Below are positions 12,085 to 26,652 of a stretch of 31,076 nucleotides of DNA, piece by piece. Source of the DNA: Octopus sinensis. Taxonomy: Eukaryota. The notes below the pieces were generated by a model. That model searched no databases. It worked only from the letters and a program-made list of their open reading frames with translations, and was not told the origin of the DNA. The stretch covers positions 1 to 31,076 of the forward strand of contig NW_021832357.1 of NCBI RefSeq assembly GCF_006345805.1, read 5' to 3'. Numbering within the stretch: the first letter of the stretch is position 1; every line of letters starts with the position of its first letter. A program made the position numbers and the translations under genes.

Positions 12085-12276
12085 TATTCTTTTATTTGAA
12101 TGCGACCATGCTGAAGCACCGCCTTTAGTCGAACAAATCGACCCCAGGATTTATTTTTTGTAAACCTAGAACTTATTCTATCGGTTTCTTTTGCCGTACC
12201 GCTAAGTTACGGAGACTTAAACGCACCAACATCGGTTGTCAAGCGATGGTGGGGGGACAAACACAGACACACAAAA

Positions 12277-12343
<67 letters not shown>

Positions 12344-12506
12344 ACACGCTTCTTTCGGTTTCCGTCTACCAAATCTGCTCACAAGGCTTTGGTTGGCTCG
12401 GGGCTGTAGTAGAAGACACTTGCCCCAGGTGCCACGCAGTTCTGGGACTGAAGCTGGAACCACATGGTTAGGCAGCAATCTTCTTACCAGCAGCCATGCC
12501 TGCGCA
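12085..12506 (-). mobile_element. Near full-length OR-like CORE-type SINE with internal (CA)n(TA)n
   Basis: The head, CORE-like ACCTGGGGCAAGTGTCTTCTAC, internal microsatellite and 3' module are all present. Confidence 0.88.
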
Positions 12507-12567
12507 TTCAATTTATTTATTGCTTAATATCAAAATCGTGTGTGTGTGAGAGAGAAAGGGAGATAAA

Positions 12568-12720
12568 GAGGGAGAGAGTGTGTGTAAAGGAGAGAGGGAG
12601 AGGGTGTGTGTAAAGGAGAGAGGGAGAGAGTGTGTGTAAAGGAGAGAGGGAGAGAGTGTGTGTGTTTGTGAAAGAGAATGTGCGAAAGAGTGAGTGGGAG
12701 AATAAGTGTGAGACAGAGAG

Positions 12721-12790
<70 letters not shown>
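12568..12790. repeat. 26-bp minisatellite (GTGTGTGTAAAGGAGAGAGGGAGAGA, ~3.5 units) followed by (GT)n
   Basis: Directly visible. Confidence 0.85.
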
Positions 12791-12792
<2 letters not shown>

Positions 12793-13260
12793 GCCGCAGT
12801 TGTGCCTTACAGGTGGTTAACAACTGATCAAAGATGAAATATTTCCCACTCCTAAACAGGAAGTCAAGTATTTGAGATGTAGTTTGATGATGTTATTGAT
12901 GAGATGTCACCATGCACAATTAGCGGAACTTTTGAAGTTTGCAGACAAAAGAGACACCCCGGAAATGGTCGAACGTCCTTCACACTGCAATGGAGAATCC
13001 TGACCAAAGATTTGAGGAAACCGAGACTGGAGTGTAATACGCAAGCAAATTTGACAAGTGTTCCAACCAGACACGTTGGGATGATTTGTTTAACGTCAAG
13101 GATATAAAAATATTGCTTTCTACAAAGTTCTCGAAATCAAAAGGTCACGACAGTAGAGCGAATACATGTCCAGACTGTCACTTTGGGCCACAGCTTACGA
13201 TTCGTCTCTTAATCTTGGTGCGTTCACTATGTTTCTCGGCTAGCTATAACTGGAACAACA

Positions 13261-13307
<47 letters not shown>

Positions 13308-13529
13308 TAGTAGTAGTATTGGGGACATGTGCTGTAACAACGCATCGCTGAATCCACCATTTGTTGTGCTTTCCTACACCTGGCGGATGACATCTTTGCA
13401 CCACTCAGGCGACAACCTTCCAACCTATAGGTCTATCATCAAGATTTATACAACAACTAATATTACTACTGCTGCTGCTGCTACTACTACAACTACTACC
13501 ACCACCACTACCACTACTATAAGTAATAC

Positions 13530-13739
13530 TAATAATCCTTTCTACTATAGTCACAAGGCCTGAACTTTTGGGAGAGAGCGATAGTCGACTACCTCAACGC
13601 CAGTGTTCAACAAGTACTTAGTTTATCGACCCCGAAAGGAAGAAAATCGACCTCAGTGAAATTTGAACTCAGAACATAAACACGGCCGAAATGCCGCTAA
13701 GTATTTTGTCCGGCGTGCCAACGGTTCCGTCAGCTCGCC
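13530..13739 (-). mobile_element. tRNA-derived SINE of the 4609 family, with a (TAG)n-like tail at 13460-13530
   Basis: The minus strand reads GGCGAGCTGACGGAACCGTTGGCACGCCGGAC...CTGAGTTCAAATTTC...CTTTCGGGGTCGATAAACTAAGTAC...GTAGAAAGGATTATT. Confidence 0.85.
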
Positions 13740-13869
13740 AACTTAATAATACTAACGATGGAAGATGCCATATAAGTGTTCAGTTTTGCTGAACGACCCG
13801 CACAAATGATCAAATGTATATGTTGTACGTAAGCTCACTCCCTCCAGCAAATCGACTTTGCCTGTACAG

Positions 13870-15845
13870 GTGCACAAGTGTGCCACACGTCAGATTTCGA
13901 AATGAGCTAGTATGTGGAAACGATGTAAAAACCAGAAAAGGAAAGATGAAGAGAAGAATTGCTTTCAGCAAAAGAAACACTGCAACAAAAAATCCAAGGA
14001 AAATCTCAAAGGATACGAAGATTTGAGAAAAGAAACAAATTTTACTAGCAAAATAAGCTGTTCACATCCAATGCGAAACATTCTACAGAGAAACGGGGAA
14101 GGAGAAAATAACCTTTGAAGAGCCCCCTGCTATGGAAGAAGTTGAAAACTTCTGGAAAATATCTGGAGTGATGAAAAGACTTGTATGTATGTATGATAGA
14201 CTGGAGTAGACGCACAGAAGGATCCTACCAAAACTTACACGAACAAGCATGGGAAAATATCACAGTAGCAGACCTAAGAATGTCACTGGTAATGATAGGG
14301 TGCCAAATTTCTGGCTCGCCTCACTCCCGCACTGCGCACACGAAAAGTTAGTCCAGTTATTCAATGAAATTATGAGAGATCCTACGAAAACTCCTGATTG
14401 GTTAGCAAGAGATATTTCTTACCTACTCCCGAAGAATGATGAAACCAAATCTCCCCAAAACTATCGGCCCATCACATATCTATGTCTATAAATTTTAACG
14501 TCCATCCTCGTGGAGAAAACATACAAATTTATGGAACAGAAGCATATGGAACAGGCTCATATGGATGCAAAGACCAACTCTTAATCAATCGCATGATCGT
14601 TGAGAACTGTCATAACAAACGTAGAAATCTCGGTTCTGCATGGATTGATTATAAAAAGGCTTTCGACAGTATACCGCATTCATGGATCTTGAAATCGCTG
14701 GATATCTTCAAAATTTCTCCTGTGATTACAAACTTCCTGAAGCAGAACATGTCAATATAGAATACGAATCTCCAACTATACCACTCTAATGAAGTACTGA
14801 CCACAAAAAAATATTAATATCAACTGCGGCATTTTCCAAGGTGACTCACTTTCACCTTTAATTTTCTACATAGCCCTAATACTCCTAGCAAGTGAACTTA
14901 ACAGAACAGGGTATGGATATAAAATTGGCGCCAAGAAAATAAGTCGTATGTTTTATATGGATGACTTAAAACTCTATGGCGAAGACGATAATGAGCTTGA
15001 AGGACTACTACGTACTGTGAAAGCATTCATTGATGACATTGGGATGGAATTTGGCCTTGATAAATGTGCTAAGGTCACTTTCTAGAAAGGAAAACGGAAG
15101 ACCTCACATTCAGTGGAGATGAATGTTGAGACAATCATAAGAAAATTCGAGCAGAATACAAATCAAGACAAGACATTATCCTGGCCAATATCTACACAGG
15201 ATAATGTGTCGGCATTATGAAAATAAAACTCCTGACAAGTAGTAAAGTACCACCCTGAGGCTGCAACTGAGAGAGAAAATGTAACTGTTGTTTGGGACTT
15301 TCCAGTATGTAAAGACCAGACCATAAAGCAAACAAACCCGATATTGTTGTGAAAGAACAAAACAATAAAGTCTGTTTACTGATTCACATGAACCATAATA
15401 TCTCGGCAAAATAATTTGATAAGCTCAGAAAATATAAAGATTTACTCATCGAAATCGAAAAGACGTGGTATCTCAAGACTGTTACAATACCAGTGATTGT
15501 AGGAGCACTTGGAATAATCAAAAAAGGAACTGAAAATTATTTAAGAATGATCCCTGGCTTACCATCCATACAGGAAGTGCAAAAGATTGCCTTAACTAGT
15601 ACGTCACACGTATTAAGAAGAGCATTGTCGTAGTGAATTTTCTTTCCTTTTTACCCCTTTTTCTTTGTTTACTTCTTTATTTTTTATTTTGTATTTTCTC
15701 TCTGTCATTCTTCCCCTTTTCTCCATCACATGACTTTATAAATGAACAATTTGGTGTGTTTATTTTAATGGCCTACCATTTCTTGCCCTAGGTGTCAGGA
15801 AGACACTCGGCAAGAACTGGAAACAGAATTGAAAGAAGATGATGA
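13870..15845 (+). mobile_element. Decayed, internally deleted R4/Dong-like LINE (same family as 23688)
   Basis: Fragments KIQGKSQRIRRFEKRNKFY, EEPPAMEEVENFW, NYRPIT, YGCKDQLLINRMI, WIDYKKAFDSIPH, FQGDSLSPL, FYMDDLKLY and KPDIVVK. Roughly 0.85 kb of post-RT sequence is missing at ~15165. It shares the 3' UTR and has an (AAT)n tail at 15846-15907. Confidence 0.92.
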
Positions 15846-15856
15846 TAATAATAATA

Positions 15857-15907
<51 letters not shown>

Positions 15908-15909
<2 letters not shown>

Positions 15910-15990
15910 GTTTAAAATTTTGACACAAGGCCAGTAATTTCTGGGGAGGAAGTTGATTACATCGACCCCAGCCTTCAACTGATCCTTATT
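15908..15990 (-). mobile_element. 3' fragment of a 4609-family SINE whose (ATT)n tail is shared with the LINE tail
   Basis: Minus strand GGGGTCGATGTAATCAACTTCCTCCCCAGAAATTACTGGCCTTGTGTCAAAATTTTAAACC-(ATT)n. Confidence 0.75.
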
Positions 15991-16004
15991 TTTTTATAAT
16001 AATC

Positions 16005-16416
16005 TTTTATCTTTTATCTTTGACTTGTTCCAATCGTTAGACTGTAGCCATACTGGGGCACCGCCTTGAAGAACTTTTTGTCGAATGAATTAACCCCAGG
16101 GCTTTTTTAAAAGTCTGGTACGTATTCATTCTATCGGTTTATTTTACAGAACCGCTAGATTACGGGGACATAAACACACCAACACCAGTTGTCAAGTAGT
16201 GGTGGGAGACAAATACAGACACAACATACACACAAACACACATACACACATACGCACATATATATACAATATACGACGTACTTCTTTCAGTTCCCGTCTA
16301 CCAAATCTACTCACAAGTCTTTGCTCGGCCCAATGCTATAATGGGTAACACTCATCCAAGGTGCCCCGCACTGGGACTGAACTGGGAACCATGTGGTTGG
16401 GAAGCAAGCTTCTTAC
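16005..16416 (-). mobile_element. OR-like CORE-type SINE, diverged
   Basis: Same modules as the copy at 12085-12506. Confidence 0.85.
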
Positions 16417-16515
16417 AGTTCCTGCTCCTTATCACGTTCCACGAAGGCTATACTAATTACTTTTACTGTTCTTGAGCTATTATGAGAGTGATTGGCTGAC
16501 AGTTGATAATTTCAG

Positions 16516-16583
16516 AGTAGTCCCTTCTCCTAGAGATGAGAAACACTATGATATCTTTCTGTTGGTTGGAATGGATATCCGTA
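16516..16583 (+). CDS. Candidate 68-nt exon of an unidentified host gene
   Basis: CTGAC...ATAATTTCAG| acceptor and A|GTAAGT donor, with open frame VVPSPRDEKHYDIFLLVGMDIR. Confidence 0.4.
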
Positions 16584-16849
16584 GTAAGTAAAAGAGATGA
16601 AAAGGGAGAAATAAGGGAAGAGAACTTGATGAATTTGATGCGGATAGAATCTAGCCCGAGAGGTACTACATCAGCATTCTAAAAGCACCATTTTCCGGCC
16701 AAGTCAGACAAACCAACAAAACCCACGTATACGTAAAAATATCTGTTGCGTCGGTATATGTCTGTTGCTTCATATACATTAAATACTGTGTTAAGATGCA
16801 AACAAACAATAATAAATACAAAGGAACAGCAACTGTCACTTTCTGAGTG

Positions 16850-17830
16850 AATCCACATTAATCATTTCGGTCACCACCAGAATCTGCACACAAATATGTG
16901 GACATACAGATATGGCAACGAGGGAACTTACATGCAGTTGCGCAACTTGATAGAAACAATAGCCAAATCTATTTCGAATCATTCCCTCTTCATTCAGTGC
17001 ATCGTAGCCATCAAGTACTGTTGTTATCTTGCATTTACAAGATTTTGAGCTAATAGCGTGCGAAGCGCCGTTCTGCACAAAATGCGACACATTTTTAGCT
17101 AAAAGGAAAGGAGCAACTTGAAACGAAGTGCTTTGTCCAAGGACATAAATTTCCGCTCGTTTGGGAATGGAACGGACGAGCCTGCGATCGTGAGGAGAAT
17201 AGCCTAACAACCATGTCATGCACCCATATAATCACACCTTACCATCTAAAAAAGGGCAGGAGAGATTAGATAATGTAGTACTTGATATACTATGTCTAAA
17301 AATAAGACTGGATGATCATGGCCGGAAAGCCATTGATCCTATGTCAAGTCGGTAAGAGCAAATTTGTGGTTAAACAACAACAAGCATACATAAATAGAAT
17401 GGGCAGTAGAAAGAATGCATACGAGACTGCCATTCTGCACTGCATATTCATCACATCGTTTTGGAGCGTTCATATGTTTCTCATCTAGATAGAAACATGG
17501 CATATTCGGAACAGCAAGTCTGTATGTCACACCTAATCTTTCGGCTGACTACCTACCGTTCGAACAACTAATACAACAGTCCCTGCTCCATATATGTAGC
17601 TGGCTACTTACTATCTCCGCCTCATCCGACACAATGCAAACTTCTTCCCTTCACTCATCATCACAAAAAAGCCGATTGCTACTCTTCGCCTGACATTTCC
17701 TCTTCGGAGCTGCAACACTTTTTTCCTACAGGTGTCAGCCTATAAAAGCTCAATTTAACTTTCAACTGTATAAACTTCATTAACCTTGAAAAGCCTGTAA
17801 AGACTATGGGTGCCGCTCCTTTCCTTTTGA
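16850..17830 (+). mobile_element. Highly decayed L1/Tx1-like LINE (post-RT region)
   Basis: Colinear weak motifs in shifting frames: MWTYRY..., VWEWNGR, TLPSKKG, ETWHIRNSKSV (~WxIGNG), SAYK and RLWVP. Confidence 0.4.
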
Positions 17831-18007
17831 CTCTATAATAAAAGAACTGTCATTCTATACATTTCAGCAACTAATAAGGCTATTCTACTTCACTAGTGTT
17901 TGAAAATAAAACTCGTTTGGATGCTTGCATGGGTATGTTTCGGATGTACGTATGTTTGTGATTGTGCGTGTTTGATTGTCCGTGTATAGCTGTGTTGTAT
18001 GTAATAT

Positions 18008-18345
18008 ACGGGGAAGGAGAAAATAACCTTTGAAGAGCCCCCTGCTATGGAAGAAGTTGAAAACTTCTGGAAAAATATCTGGAGTGATGAAAAGACTTGT
18101 ATGTATGTATGTATGATAGACTGGAGTAGACGCACAGAAGGATCCTACCAAAACTTACACGAACAAGCATGGGAAAATATCTCAGTTGCAGACCTAAGAA
18201 TGTCACTGGTAATGATAGGGTGCCAAATTTCTGGCTCGCCTCACTCCCGCACTGCGCACACGAAAAGTTAATCCAGTTATTCAATAAAATTATGAGAGAT
18301 CCTACGAAAACACCTGATTGGTTAGCAAGAGATATTTCTTACCTA
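18008..18345 (+). repeat. Near-identical local duplicate of 14093-14425 (Dong-like LINE fragment)
   Basis: Differs by about 5 substitutions, +1 A and one extra TATG unit. Shares the private lesions of the 14-kb copy. Confidence 0.93.
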
Positions 18346-19029
18346 ACAATATTACCATACGTCGAAAACCTCAATGTGATTTCTCAAGCTGCTAGATTTA
18401 GCAGCCAAATATCCATCATTTCAAATCTACAGTATTTAAAAAAGAAATAATACATTAAATGATATAGTTCAAGTTACGGAAAAAAAGAGATGGTCACTTC
18501 CGGGACGCCTTTAGTCTGCTCCATCATGACTGACCTTGAATTAACCAACAACTTTCGAATTAGCACGCATACACACACATACACACACACATACATGTGC
18601 GCGCCCAAACACACACACACACACATACATGTACGCACCCAAACACACTCACACACATGTGTATGTACCCACACATACACCTAATCACACATATGCACGC
18701 ATACTGACAAACACCTAATCTAGATTTTCTGCCGTATTTTGCCTCATTAATTTCCCTGAAATCCTATTAAGTTTTGTTTTGTTTGATGTGTTTCGGTTTT
18801 CTCTATCTATATCAGACAATTTGTATATCTTGAAGAGGATCTCATTACATCTACATGTTGTATAGCAGAGCATTGCACAGCAAGACACATACGACGACTG
18901 CTTGTAGTGGGATTCTACAAATGAATCAACCGTACAGAATTATTACAATCTGTTCAAGTCTTCTTATATGGAGTGTTTAAAAAGGGGTGCCGAAGATGTT
19001 GCTATTGCTGTTGCTGTTGTTGTTGTTGT

Positions 19030-19235
19030 TGTTTAACCACAGGTCAGCTCTCAAAAGTGTTCCAGCTGTGACTATCCTGTCATTTTGTATCTCAAGGGGC
19101 TACATTGTCCAATCTGACCTTTTTTTGTTTTGTTTTGTTTGTTTTTAAAGAGCAGGTTGTGAGTTTGAGACAAATTTGACTTTTATCTCTAGCAGACTGG
19201 GCGACCGCGTAGAGGTTCTTTCATCTGTTCGCCAC
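19030..19235 (-). mobile_element. Decayed SINE-like repeat with (AAC)n tail
   Basis: GTTGTTTAACCACAGGTCAGC...TTCCAGCTGTGACTATCC...TCTAGCAGACTGGGCGACCGCGTAGAGG resembles a common octopus SINE from memory. No Pol III head seen. Confidence 0.5.
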
Positions 19236-20244
19236 GCTCCCTCGAAATGATTGAGAGAAGTGGGTTCAAATTATACTTATAATTAACAATTTAGATCAGC
19301 GCTTTTCAGCGGACAGTTACCAGACCAACCTCCTCCTTTAAAAATATAAATTAGCGAAACTCACCCTTCCTACCAGTGAGGAAACAAAATAGAGTTTAAC
19401 CTTTTAACAGTGAAATTAAATTTCATGGTTATTCTATTAATGATGCTAAATATCAACCAAAAATAGAACTGGTATTTTCTCCAAGTGGCTTTATCTCAGT
19501 AAACATCTTATCAAGAAATTGTTTTAAACATGAAGTTCCTCGACAAAAGATGGATTGGTATATAAAATTGCTTTCCGCAGTAAAGTGTAATGAAATTGTG
19601 AGTGGATATAGCTGATTTATGCAATAAAACGGATAAACAAATCATTCTTTTTTCTATATATGATGTTGGACAATTTTGAAGAGTTTAAAATCATTAATTT
19701 TATTAAACGTGGCACTTTGTAAGCCTCTTTTTCGCTCCTTAAAGCCCTTTTTCTGTTGAGAAACACTGGTTTGTATGAGGTAACGGTGATAATTTCTTTA
19801 GGGAATTATGATTTCAGGTGTTTAATCACTTTGGATAGGGTCTTTGTTGGAGTATTGCGTTCAGGATTTTTATTTATTTATTTTAATAGCTTGTAGTGAT
19901 TCCAATACTTATTTCATTCAAGTAATGTTTTTCTCGATTTACAGATTATCGATGGGTTAATTTACAATTTTAAGACAGCACTGGTTTTCTTGTTTTTGTT
20001 TTGTTTTGTTTGTATTAATTAATTTGTTTGTTTGTTTGTTTGTTTTGTGACCAGCGGTTAAATGCATAAACATAAATACGGGTACATACAAACGCACTAA
20101 CATATTCCGTTATTCTATTACCAGTTTCAGTTTGAAGCTATGGCCATTCAAGGGTATCGATTAACGCCAATGTTTGCGTATTTTAAATTCACTGCCTGGT
20201 TTTGATTCCGGAATCGGCTTGATGAAGTAGTGAGTTGAACAGAA

Positions 20245-20600
20245 CTCCCCTTCTTTATATTTCTTATCATGGTGTGGGTTCTTCTGGCATATTACATAAA
20301 AAATTTGTCCAGTTGAACACAACCACATCTACATCTTGTGGACCTCTGAGGCCTTTTGGCAATATATCGAAAAGTTTTTGACCTTTGAACTTTAAACTGT
20401 AACAGTATTGGGTCCTTTACTCTGGACGGAGATGGCGGGATCTTTGATACTATACAATGGCGTCCTCTCCAGTATAGCTTTCAATCCCAAAGTATGTATA
20501 TGAGATCGAACAAAGGAATATACTACCCATCCTTGACATCTGCAGACTGAATAGCAAAGTAAGTTCAACATCACCACACACACCTCCATCTCCATATAAC
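20245..20600 (-). mobile_element. CR1/L2-group LINE 3' coding relic
   Basis: The minus strand reads YFGIESY and SLKFKGQKLFDILPKGLRGPQDVDVVVF...FL.NMPEEP, typical of the L2/CR1 ORF2 C-terminus (GPxLFNxLPxxLR...FKxxLDxFLxxIPDEP). Confidence 0.65.
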
Positions 20601-21719
20601 ACGTGGTTACAAAGCGAACTTCTTTATCCCATAGTTATGTCTGTGTCGGGGTTTATTTATAATTACTATCTTATTTTACTATCTCAACGTTATGAAATAA
20701 AAAGATTAAATGTCTATAAATAGTTCATTTTTCTCTTTTGTTTTCTTCTTTTTCCTTTTCTGTTTCTTCTATTTGTTTTCATTTTCTTTTAGAAGTTTTT
20801 CTCCTCATTTTTCTATCATCGTTTAATTTTACTTTTCTTCTTTGTGCTTATTCTTTTTTATATATATAATTCTTTTGTGCTTTTCTCCTTCCTTTTTTTT
20901 CATTCTTGCTTTCTTTTCATGTTAGTATTTGTATAAAGAAATCCATCATCCCAAGCATTCTTACTCTATGTCGTCTGCACCTTTGAGAGTTATCTGTTAA
21001 GGTCCATGAATAACCACCCTGCTCTCAGAAATTCACTGATTATATCATTTTTCTCTTTTAATCATATTTACGAAATTCATTAAACAATCTTACTGCTAAT
21101 CGTACACAACCAACAAAACAAAAAGAAGAAATCGTCCACGAGAACAAACATCAAACGTGAATATTTTAAAAGAGAGGGGAAAAAAGGGAATAATATTCGT
21201 GATCTTTTCCAAAAGTAATTGTATTTTTTCCAACATTGTTGGAGGTGGGAGCGGTCGAATGGCCAAGTTCCAAGAGTTCTTGCTTCTGAAAATTACTTTG
21301 GTGTATTATTTGTAGCGTTTGAGTATTTAGGCAGAAAATATTAATTTCTTACAAACGATAAAAAGTATAAGATTTTAAAGGGAGAGAAAAGGAGAAGTGA
21401 AGTTCATATAGTAGAATATTCATATATATACATTCAGTAGTAATTCAGGATCTATTATAACTCCTTATACTTTAACTTAGTTTTTTCAACTAAGAATACA
21501 GCTCGACTAAAATTGAGAAACAACTGAGAGGGGGCCACAAAAACCAGGTTTTGAAAAATCCACTAATATATCTTCTTCGAATTCTTGTCAATATTTAAAG
21601 TTTCACCTCTCAGTTCTCGTCGTTTGCTGTCTCAGCAGACATTTGATCTCTTCTGTTCCAATTAACTCGGCTTGCTAAAATTAACAACTGAAACCTCTTC
21701 AAATATCACTCTACCCTCT

Positions 21720-21900
21720 TAAAGATGGATGAATTTGGTCTTCCCGACCTGGAACTGCACCTGCAGAGTTCCCATTTTAAACAGTACTCTATGTCCAATC
21801 AAATGTTCTTGGAGCATTTTTGACTCATGACTTACCAGAATGGCACTCGGATATTCAATCAACTGAAGATATCCGACAAATGACGAAAAATAAGAAGCAA
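21720..21900 (+). mobile_element. Possible CR1/L2 RT relic
   Basis: VLGAFLTHDLPEWHSDIQS resembles the LINE motif LGxxxxxxLxWxxHI. Supported by this single motif only. Confidence 0.35.
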
Positions 21901-22149
21901 ATATTCTCACTCTAAAACATTATTTGTCAAAAAGGGATATTGTTATCCATATCTCCTGGTCGCTTTCTAGTTAAGTGTCTAACCATATTACTTCTAAACT
22001 TTTCAAGAATGTAGAGCTTCTAAAGCATAGGACGGTGTATAGGCTAATTATTACATAAAAAATTCTCGATTGCACCATATTAAAATTAGTAGTGGGATGG
22101 ATGTCATGTCTCAATTAGATCGATACCCGGTGTGCTAATGATTCTGTTA

Positions 22150-22617
<468 letters not shown>

Positions 22618-22715
22618 GAAGAAGAAGAAGAAGAAGAAGAAGAAGAAGAAGAAGAAGAAGAAGAAGAAGAAGAAGAAGAAGAAGAAGAAGAAGAAGAAGA
22701 AGAAGAAGAAGAAGA

Positions 22716-22918
22716 ACGATTTCAAATTTTGGCACAAGGCCAGCAAGTTCGGGGAAGGGATAAGTCGGTTACACTGATTCCAGTGTTCAACTAGTACTTA
22801 TTTCATCGACTCCGAGAGGTGGAAAGGCAAAGTCGACCGCGACGGAATTTGAACTCTGAACGTAAATGCAGCTAAACATTTTCCCGGTGCGCTAACGATT
22901 TTACCAGCTCGCCTCCCT
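22716..22918 (-). mobile_element. 4609-family SINE with (TTC)n tail
   Basis: The minus strand reads GGAGGCGAGCTGGTAAAATCGTTAGCGCACCGGG...CAGAGTTCAAATTCC...GTCGACTTTGCCTTTCC...CCTTGTGCCAAAATTTGAAATC-(TTC)n. Confidence 0.85.
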
Positions 22919-22925
22919 AATAATG

Positions 22926-23003
<78 letters not shown>

Positions 23004-23007
<4 letters not shown>

Positions 23008-23468
23008 GATGGGCTACAGCAAATATTCTGCTCAATACCACAGATTTGCTTGTCAGTTGTTTGACCTTAACCAGTTGAGCATGTCCCTTAGTGGCTGACG
23101 ATATGTGCATCTCTGATCACGAGCAGAAGTAGTGGGGGAGCATCATAGCCATGTGTTGAGAGGGATTCTTTGGGATTTGAATAATTCACCTCTGGAAACA
23201 TGGGTGGTTCTTTCAACATCCTTAAACAACCCTTATTCAGGGACCTTTTGAGCGGGATGGGCTACTCAACCTGAAGAAAATTCTAACTGGGCCCCACCTG
23301 CAAGGTCATGTGCTGTTTATCTTGATATGAGATCACCATGTCGCGCACATATGGTTGTGATGCCTGTGCCTGGTGTACCCTTATCAGACGGGTAGTCATG
23401 ATTGGTATATTGGGCTTCGTATATTTTACCCCAGTGTCACTTTGATGGCATGAACTGCTCTCTCACTC
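23004..23468. mobile_element. ~465-bp non-coding interspersed-repeat-like unit embedded in (AAT)n
   Basis: A discrete GC-balanced block bounded on both sides by pure AAT arrays, with no long ORF and no Pol III boxes seen. It resembles a common octopus repeat from memory. Confidence 0.6.
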
Positions 23469-23577
<109 letters not shown>

Positions 23578-23579
23578 TA

Positions 23580-26177
<2,598 letters not shown>

Positions 26178-26408
26178 TGAATAATAATAGCAGTGACAAC
26201 AATAACAACAACAGCAATACAAGTCTTAAAATAAAAATGTTGGAGCACACGATATCGAAACACAAATTGTCGTGGGTTCCTATTTACCAGCGTGTTACTT
26301 AAACGACTGATAAATCAACAGATTGATTTACTCTTTGCGTTTCAATCTAAGTCCTTAAGAAATTAAATGGTTACAGATCTTATCGTTATGAAAAAACTGG
26401 AAAATATG

Positions 26409-26652
26409 CTGTTGTGTCCGGGGAGAGTCATTTTCTTATAATTTAACACACTCACCGGTAAAATTTCAACTTATTTCTCATTTTTATTTTCGTAAAATTT
26501 TCGTTGCGTCTTGCAACCTTTTCAATAGTCTTGGTTGCAAGACACAACGAAAATTTTAGGAAAATAAAAATAAAAAATAAGTGGAAATTTTACCGGTGGA
26601 TGTGTTAGATTATAAGGCAGAAAAAGTAAATGACTCTCCCCAGACACAACAG
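26409..26652. repeat. Long inverted repeat (arms 26409-26518 and 26533-26652, 14-nt loop)
   Basis: The reverse complement of the right arm aligns to the left arm throughout, with scattered mismatches and one ~11-nt indel. Confidence 0.92.
26492..26528 (-). ncRNA. Minimal type-I hammerhead-like motif with U3-A8 covariant core
   Basis: The minus strand reads CTA-TTGAAAA-G-GTTGC aagac GCAAC-GAA-AATT-T-TAC. Stem II is a perfect 5 bp and stem III is the palindrome AATT. Stem I is CTA/TAG in the sister arm. Confidence 0.55.

Noticed and set aside
12900-13110. Possible RTE-like C-terminal peptide (KRHPGNGR...ILTKDL) before a (TAG)n run
   Set aside because: A single weak motif, not enough to call.
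13255-13530. (TAG)n and (CTA)n runs in inverted orientation around 140 bp
   Set aside because: More simply explained as tails of separate opposed retroelements than as a selected hairpin.
18720-18990. Stop-free stretches on both strands with possible splice acceptors
   Set aside because: Several mutually exclusive frames, no good donor and no recognisable protein.
19365-19400. 36-nt minus-strand micro-exon candidate (VKLYFVSSLVGR, donor GTGAGT)
   Set aside because: The acceptor is weak, the strand is opposite to the better exon candidates, and such matches are expected by chance in AT-rich DNA.
21836-21862. 27-nt minus-strand micro-exon candidate (LIEYPSAIL, CAG/GTAAGT)
   Set aside because: It overlaps a probable + strand LINE relic (VLGAFLTHDLPEWH), which explains the sequence without a gene.
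23080-23150. Partial HDV-ribozyme-like order on the minus strand of the 465-bp unit (CTATGAT...ATCAGAG...CTAAGGGAC)
   Set aside because: It lacks the G+1 wobble, the GG/CC P1.1 pairing and a 7-nt L3, so it is not a credible HDV fold.
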